From assembly GCA_046331705.1 (NCBI GenBank), contig JAXLQJ010000063.1, positions 1-40,820 of the forward strand: 40,820 nucleotides of DNA. The letters run 5' to 3'. The notes under the pieces are model-generated. The model did not search any database. It had not been told where the DNA came from and saw nothing but the letters and a program-made list of their open reading frames with translations. This DNA is from a bacterium (GTDB lineage: Bacteria > JADJOY01). Numbering within the stretch: the stretch's first letter is position 1; every line of letters starts with the position of its first letter. Below, in pieces: positions 36,074 through 40,820 of this stretch. Position numbers and translations under genes: made by a program.

Positions 36074-37384
36074 ATGCACGCCGAAGACCCGAATCCCGTC
36101 GAAGCTCCCAGCGAGGTCGGCGCGCCCCCGGAGCCGGGTGCGTACGCCTACTACGTGCTCGCGCTGCTGTCGCTGGTCTACGTCTTCAACTTCGTCGACC
36201 GGCAGGTGCTGGCGATCCTGCTCGAGCCGATCAAGAAGGACCTCGGGGCGTCCGATACGGCGATGGGCTTCCTGAGCGGCTTCGCGTTCGCGCTCTTCTA
36301 CACGGTCGCGGGAATCCCCATCGCGCGCTGGGCGGATCGCGGCCCGCGCCGCACGATCATCGCGCTCGGGCTGACGCTCTGGAGCGGCATGACGGCGTGC
36401 TCGGGGCTCGCCCGCGGGTTCTGGGAGCTGGCGCTGGCGCGAGTCGCGGTCGGGATCGGCGAGGCGGCGGGAAGCCCGCCGGCCCACTCGCTGCTCTCCG
36501 ATTACTTCCCACCCCAGCGCCGCGCGACCGCGCTCGCGCTCTACGCGACCGGTGTCTACATCGGGGTGATGCTCGCGTTCGTGGGAGGGGGATACGTGGC
36601 CACGCATTTCTCGTGGCGGACGGCGTTCTTCTTGGTGGGCCTCCCGGGCCTTCCGCTCGCGGCGCTGGTGCGTTGGACGGTGCGCGAGCCCGAGCGCCGG
36701 CCGGCGGCAGGGGCCGTCGCCAGCCCCGATCGCGCGACGCTCGCGCAGGTGCTGCGCTACCTCGTGGCGCGGCGCTCGTTCGTGTACGTGGTGGCCGCGG
36801 CTGCCTGCAACACCCTCGGCGGGTATGCGTTCCTGACCTGGGGCGCGTCGTTCCTGCGGCGCGTTCACGCGATGCCGATCGGGCAGGTGGGGCTCTCGCT
36901 GGGCCTGATCGTGGGGATCGGCGGGACCTTCGGCGCTTGGTTGGGCGGCGCCCTCGCCGATCGCCTCGCGGCTCGCGACCCGCGCTGGTACGGATGGCTC
37001 TCGGCGATCGTGTCGGCGTTGCACGTGCCGTTCGGCGTGGGCTTCCTGCTGGCGCCCAGCTCCGGCGCGGCCCTGCTCTCGTTCGTTCCGTTCTACGTCG
37101 CGGCACAGATGTACGTGGGCTCGATGCTGGCGGTCACCCAAGGGGTCGTGACGCCGCACATGCGGGCGACGGCGTCGGCGGTGGTCCTGTTCGTGCTCAA
37201 CCTCGTGGGGCTCGGCTTGGGGCCACTGGTGGTCGGCGCGCTCAACGATGCGTTGGCCGCGAGCCACGGCGCGCTCGCGATCCGCTACTCGCTGCTGGCG
37301 GTGATCGCGGTCAGCGCGCTGTCGGTACCGCTCTTCGTCCGTGCTGCTCGGTACCTGCCCCAGGATCTCGGCCGCGGGCCTTGA
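36074..37384 (+). CDS. MFS transporter, spinster-like
   Basis: 'YVFNFVDRQVLAILLEPIKKDL', 'ARWADRGPRR', 'RVAVGIGEA', 'LLSDYFPPQRRATAL'; about 12 TM helices. Confidence 0.93.
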   Translation: MHAEDPNPVEAPSEVGAPPEPGAYAYYVLALLSLVYVFNFVDRQVLAILLEPIKKDLGASDTAMGFLSGFAFALFYTVAGIPIARWADRGPRRTIIALGLTLWSGMTACSGLARGFWELALARVAVGIGEAAGSPPAHSLLSDYFPPQRRATALALYATGVYIGVMLAFVGGGYVATHFSWRTAFFLVGLPGLPLAALVRWTVREPERRPAAGAVASPDRATLAQVLRYLVARRSFVYVVAAAACNTLGGYAFLTWGASFLRRVHAMPIGQVGLSLGLIVGIGGTFGAWLGGALADRLAARDPRWYGWLSAIVSALHVPFGVGFLLAPSSGAALLSFVPFYVAAQMYVGSMLAVTQGVVTPHMRATASAVVLFVLNLVGLGLGPLVVGALNDALAASHGALAIRYSLLAVIAVSALSVPLFVRAARYLPQDLGRGP

Positions 37385-37391
37385 TCGGGCG

Positions 37392-38312
37392 TCACGCGAG
37401 ATCGAGGTAGATCGGGCGGTGATCCGAGACGCGGTAGAGATTCGGCACCGCGTGGGGAGGAGTGCCGATCCCCGGGATGATCGTCGGTCCGTCGGCGTGC
37501 ATCCAGGCGGGATCGGCGATCGTGGGGTCGCGGTCGAAGGCGTAGATCCGCGCCTCGCCGGAGACCCGCGCCGTCACTCGCGGCGACGTGAAGACGTGAT
37601 CGAGGACCGACCGGTCGAGGTAGCTCGACCAAGGTGCCGTGTCGTCGTCTCCGTCGCTCGCGCCGGCGGGATCCAGCGTCGGCTCGTGCCAGTGCCAGCT
37701 CGTCATCGCGCCTTCCGTGAGCGGCGCCAGCGAGGCACGGCCGCGCGGCTCGTTGAAGTCGCCGAGCAGCACGGCGTCGGCGGTCGGCAGCCCCACGAAG
37801 GTGCCGTCGGCGTCGAATCCTTCCACCCACGCCGCGATGGCGTGGGTCTCGCGCGTGCGCTTCGGCGCGCCTGGGTCGTCGACGTCCGGGTTCGGCGCGG
37901 CGCCGGACGAGCGCAGGTGCACGCCGATGACCGTGAGCGTCTCGCCAGAGGCGCGCTCCGAGAGCTCGAGGACGACGCTGCGCCCCGCGGGGCTCGGCAG
38001 CTTGTGACGGCGGACCAGCGTCAGGGGGCGCGCGTCGAAGGCCATCGCGACCTTGAGGATCTGAGCGCTTCCCGCGCTGGCGAGCCATTTCCCGTTCTCG
38101 TCGCGAACCCGATAGTCACGCCCGATGCGTTGGCCGACGTCCTCGAGCAGCCGTTCGAGCACCGCGAGATCGAGGATCTCCGGCAGCACCAGCACGTCCG
38201 CGTCGAGGCGCGCCAGCACCCGCGCCACCAGCTCGAGATCTTCCGGTCCGCGCGCGATGCGATGGGGCGCGTGCGCCGGAAAGAAGAAGAGATTGAAGCT
38301 CGCGAGCCGCAT
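37392..38312 (-). CDS. endonuclease/exonuclease/phosphatase (EEP) family protein
   Basis: 'MRLASFNL', 'DVLVLPEI', 'IGVHL', 'LLGDFN', 'LDHVF', 'SDHRP'. Confidence 0.9.
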   Translation of the reverse strand: MRLASFNLFFFPAHAPHRIARGPEDLELVARVLARLDADVLVLPEILDLAVLERLLEDVGQRIGRDYRVRDENGKWLASAGSAQILKVAMAFDARPLTLVRRHKLPSPAGRSVVLELSERASGETLTVIGVHLRSSGAAPNPDVDDPGAPKRTRETHAIAAWVEGFDADGTFVGLPTADAVLLGDFNEPRGRASLAPLTEGAMTSWHWHEPTLDPAGASDGDDDTAPWSSYLDRSVLDHVFTSPRVTARVSGEARIYAFDRDPTIADPAWMHADGPTIIPGIGTPPHAVPNLYRVSDHRPIYLDLA

Positions 38313-38437
38313 GTGGGCAGTCTTGGCCGCTTCGGCCACGGCGACAAGAGCCCGCGCCAGTCGGCGCCGACGTGCGCGGCGATGGCGCTGGCACGCCGTT
38401 CCGCGGTAGAGAGTCGCGCGCGAGGAGAATGAATCGC

Positions 38438-39886
38438 ATGAGTGGATCGAGGACGAGGCGAGCGTCGTTCCGACGCGGGATCGTGGCGGGTGGGCTCTTC
38501 GTGCTGATGCTCGGCTCAAGCGCCTGCGCCGACAGTGGCAGCGCGGACGGTGCTGCACCGAGTGGCGGTCGGCTGCGCGTCCGGGACGGGTGGTTCGTGG
38601 ATGCGTCCGGACGCGTCGTGCTGCTGCACGGCGTGAACGTGGTGGACAAGCGTCCGCCCTATCTGCCCTCGAGCGACGAGCTCAGCGACGCCGATGCGGA
38701 CGCCATGCGGGACCTCGGCTTCAACGTGGTGCGCCTCGGCTTCATCTGGAAGGGGCTCGAACCCGAGCGCGGCGTCCTCGACCGGAGCTATCTCGCGCGG
38801 CTCGAGGCGCTCGTGAAGCTCTTCACGAGCCGAGGGATCTACGTGCTCGTCGACGCGCACCAGGATCTCTGGAACGAGCGCTTCGGCGGTGAGGGCGCGC
38901 CCGACTGGGCGGTATTCCAGCCCGCCGCGGAACCGGTGGCGTTCAATTGGGGCCTGAGCTACTTCCTGAATCCACCGATCGGAAACGCGTTCGAGGATTT
39001 CTGGCAGGACCGCGAGGGCACGCAATCGCGCTACGTCGACACGTGGCGGGAAGTCGCGCGCACGTTCGCGGACGAGGACGGTGTGTTGGGCTACGACGTG
39101 ATGAACGAGCCGTGGACCACGGCGGCGTGGTTCGTGCCCCAGGAATCCGCCACCACCGAACCCTTCTACCGCCGCATCATCCCCGCGATCCGCGAGGTCG
39201 ATCCCGCGCACACGGTGTTCTGGGCGTTGGCGTTGCCGGGGGTGGTCGGCATCGACTCCGACCTCGGCGTGCTCGGCTACGACGACCTGGCGCTCAGCTT
39301 CCACGTCTACTGCGCGACCAGCATCTTCTTGCGGGTCTATCTGGACGGCTATTGCGCGGAGGCCACCGCGCCGGCGTTCGACAAGAGCCGCGCTGCCCGC
39401 GATCGTCAGGCGAGCGGCTGGCTCCTGACGGAGTTCGGCGCGAGCGATTTCGTCGCCGACATCGCGCGGCACGCGGACGTCGCGGACCAGAACCTCGTGG
39501 GATGGACCCATTGGGCCTGGAAGCGCTACGACGATCCCACCGGCGACGCGGACGAAGGCATCGTCACGAACGATACCGGCCCGATCGCCTACCAGCCGAA
39601 GATCGCGGTCCTCGAGCGGACCTACGCCCGAGCCGTGGCGGGGGTTCCCACGACGATGCGCTTCGATTCGTCGAGCGGCGCCTTCGATCTGGCGTACACG
39701 GTCGATCCGACGGTGCGGGGGCCCACGGAGATCTGGCTCCCCCTCGAACGACACTATGCGAGCGGCTACGCCCTCGCGGTGGAGGGGGGCGCGGGGCGCG
39801 TGTCGCCGCGCGAGCCGCACCTCCTCGAGATCGAGAGCGACCCGAGCGCCACCGAGGTGCGGGTCACGATCCGACGGGCTTCGTGA
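38438..39886 (+). CDS. GH5 endoglycoceramidase-like glycoside hydrolase, probable lipoprotein
   Basis: GAGGAG RBS; lipobox-like 'LGSSAC'; 'GRVVLLHGVNVVDK', 'DAHQDLW', acid/base 'NEP', nucleophile 'TEFG', C-terminal 'RTYARAVAG' beta-sandwich. Confidence 0.88.
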   Translation: MSGSRTRRASFRRGIVAGGLFVLMLGSSACADSGSADGAAPSGGRLRVRDGWFVDASGRVVLLHGVNVVDKRPPYLPSSDELSDADADAMRDLGFNVVRLGFIWKGLEPERGVLDRSYLARLEALVKLFTSRGIYVLVDAHQDLWNERFGGEGAPDWAVFQPAAEPVAFNWGLSYFLNPPIGNAFEDFWQDREGTQSRYVDTWREVARTFADEDGVLGYDVMNEPWTTAAWFVPQESATTEPFYRRIIPAIREVDPAHTVFWALALPGVVGIDSDLGVLGYDDLALSFHVYCATSIFLRVYLDGYCAEATAPAFDKSRAARDRQASGWLLTEFGASDFVADIARHADVADQNLVGWTHWAWKRYDDPTGDADEGIVTNDTGPIAYQPKIAVLERTYARAVAGVPTTMRFDSSSGAFDLAYTVDPTVRGPTEIWLPLERHYASGYALAVEGGAGRVSPREPHLLEIESDPSATEVRVTIRRAS

Positions 39887-40469
39887 AGCAGATGATGTAG
39901 CCCTGCACCGGGCAGTCGTCGCCGTATTGGATCGCGCCGACGTGCGCCACCGGAACCAGGCCGTGGGCGCGCCCTTCGTCCAGCATGCGGTCGAGGGGCA
40001 CCACGAAACGGCCCGCGGGAAGCCGAATCCCCTCGGGAACGTCGTCGCTGAAGCCGGGCCGCTGCTCGACGCATTCGAGGTAGAAGTGGCCGCCAGGCCG
40101 CAGCGCGCGCGCCGTGTCCTGAAGGAGCCGCGCCTTGGTCGCATCGGGGCAATGGGGAAAGCACGACACGCTCCAGGCGAGATCGATGCCGCGCGAGGGT
40201 AGGTCGGTCCGAATGCCCGCTGCGTGCAGCGCCCGCCGATTCACCTCGGAGACCTCGATGGCGAACTTCGCGACCGTGGGCGGCAAGGAATGGAGCAGAC
40301 GGGCTCGGCCAGGGCCGACGTCGAGGACCGCCTCCGCAGCCTGCAACCGCTCGGGAAACCCATCGCCGACGCGCGACAGGTACTCGAGGAAGTACGAGGG
40401 CGGGTGCGGCGCGACCCACTCGGAGCGGTCGTTGGCGAAGACGTCGTTCCAGAAGCACTCCATTTCCAT
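39864..40469 (-). CDS. class I SAM-dependent methyltransferase
   Basis: GGAGG RBS; 'VLDVGPGRA', 'AIEVS', 'FPHC', 'ALRPGGHFY'. Its 3' end overlaps the GH5 gene by 23 bp. Confidence 0.8.
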   Translation of the reverse strand: MEMECFWNDVFANDRSEWVAPHPPSYFLEYLSRVGDGFPERLQAAEAVLDVGPGRARLLHSLPPTVAKFAIEVSEVNRRALHAAGIRTDLPSRGIDLAWSVSCFPHCPDATKARLLQDTARALRPGGHFYLECVEQRPGFSDDVPEGIRLPAGRFVVPLDRMLDEGRAHGLVPVAHVGAIQYGDDCPVQGYIICFTKPVGS

Positions 40470-40490
40470 GCGCGACCTCCCGCGGGCTCG

Positions 40491-40820
40491 TCACGCCGCC
40501 TCGAGGCAGCGTTCCACGTCGAGCGCGTGATCGAGCTCGATGGCGACGTAATCCGGCTCCAAGCGCTCGAGCGCGTCGTGGACCACCCGCGAGGCCAGGC
40601 TTTCCGCGCAGCTCGGCGCGGCGTCGAGCGCCGTGTCGACGACGGTGCGCGCGACCGCATCGAGGGCGATGGGCTCGCCCGCGGCCAGGTTCGGCAGCGG
40701 CTGAGACGGCCGCCACGCGACGAAACCCGCCGGTTCGAACGCCGGCTTGAAGTCCTGGCGCCGGAACGATCGCAGGCCCACGCGATCCAGCAAGAGCGTC
40801 CCCTCGCCGGCGGCTTCCAC
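40491..40820 (-). CDS. C-terminal part of a hypothetical protein (5' end outside the window)
   Basis: The frame is open to the window edge and stops 21 bp before the methyltransferase start. Confidence 0.55.
   Translation of the reverse strand: MEAAGEGTLLLDRVGLRSFRRQDFKPAFEPAGFVAWRPSQPLPNLAAGEPIALDAVARTVVDTALDAAPSCAESLASRVVHDALERLEPDYVAIELDHALDVERCLEAA

Noticed and set aside
35924-37267. N-terminal extension giving a 992-aa ORF (34289..37267)
   Set aside because: It is the antisense shadow of the MFS gene. Only the part below ~35923 looks like real protein.
38387-38404. Sigma-54-like TGGCACG upstream of the GH5 gene (and a similar site at ~5622-5638)
   Set aside because: The -12 TTGC element is absent or mis-spaced (11 rather than 10 nt after GG).
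4-40716. Many long alternative-frame and antisense ORFs (e.g. 4..1305, 2075..4051, 5312..7906, 7934..9565, 14390..16186, 20793..23264)
   Set aside because: They are Arg/Ala/Pro/Gly-rich shadow ORFs expected from stop-codon scarcity at high GC. Each overlaps a gene with clear family motifs.
1-40820. CRISPR arrays, tRNA/rRNA, integrase/transposase, defence genes, selenocysteine read-through
   Set aside because: None recognised by eye. There are no regularly spaced repeats and no in-frame TGA at Cys positions of the redox proteins.

Overview
A very GC-rich, densely coding bacterial window with about 31 CDS and no rRNA, tRNA, CRISPR array or transposase that I can recognise. The TonB-dependent receptor indicates a diderm; the gene repertoire resembles Ca. 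Binatia or Myxococcota-type genomes, which is inference only. In order: (1) the 3' end of a six-hairpin glycoside hydrolase; (2) three paralogous membrane-anchored pentaheme c-type cytochromes, two with a CX4CH site, followed by a PHP-fold protein missing most metal ligands and a SAM methyltransferase; (3) acyl-CoA synthetase, peroxiredoxin-like protein, LLM (F420-type) oxidoreductase, O-methyltransferase and acyl-CoA dehydrogenase, with a 240-bp segment bounded by perfect 16-bp inverted repeats between the last two; (4) an uncharacterised ~1330-aa protein (large soluble domain plus ~10 TM helices) divergent from a TonB receptor/substrate-binding protein pair; (5) a divergent lipid/steroid-type catabolic cluster (nitronate monooxygenase, small ORF, etfB, etfA, DUF35, thiolase, crotonase | P450, CMD, FadF/HdrD-like oxidoreductase, SnoaL) whose shared promoter holds three KstR-type TnnAACnnGTTnnA boxes; (6) a helical hypothetical protein, spinster-like MFS, EEP hydrolase, endoglycoceramidase-like GH5 lipoprotein, a methyltransferase and a partial ORF. 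The best candidates for new biology are the triple-cytochrome locus, the giant receptor-like membrane protein, the KstR-like regulon in a diderm, and the IR-bounded element. All family calls come from motif recognition by eye; no database searches were run.
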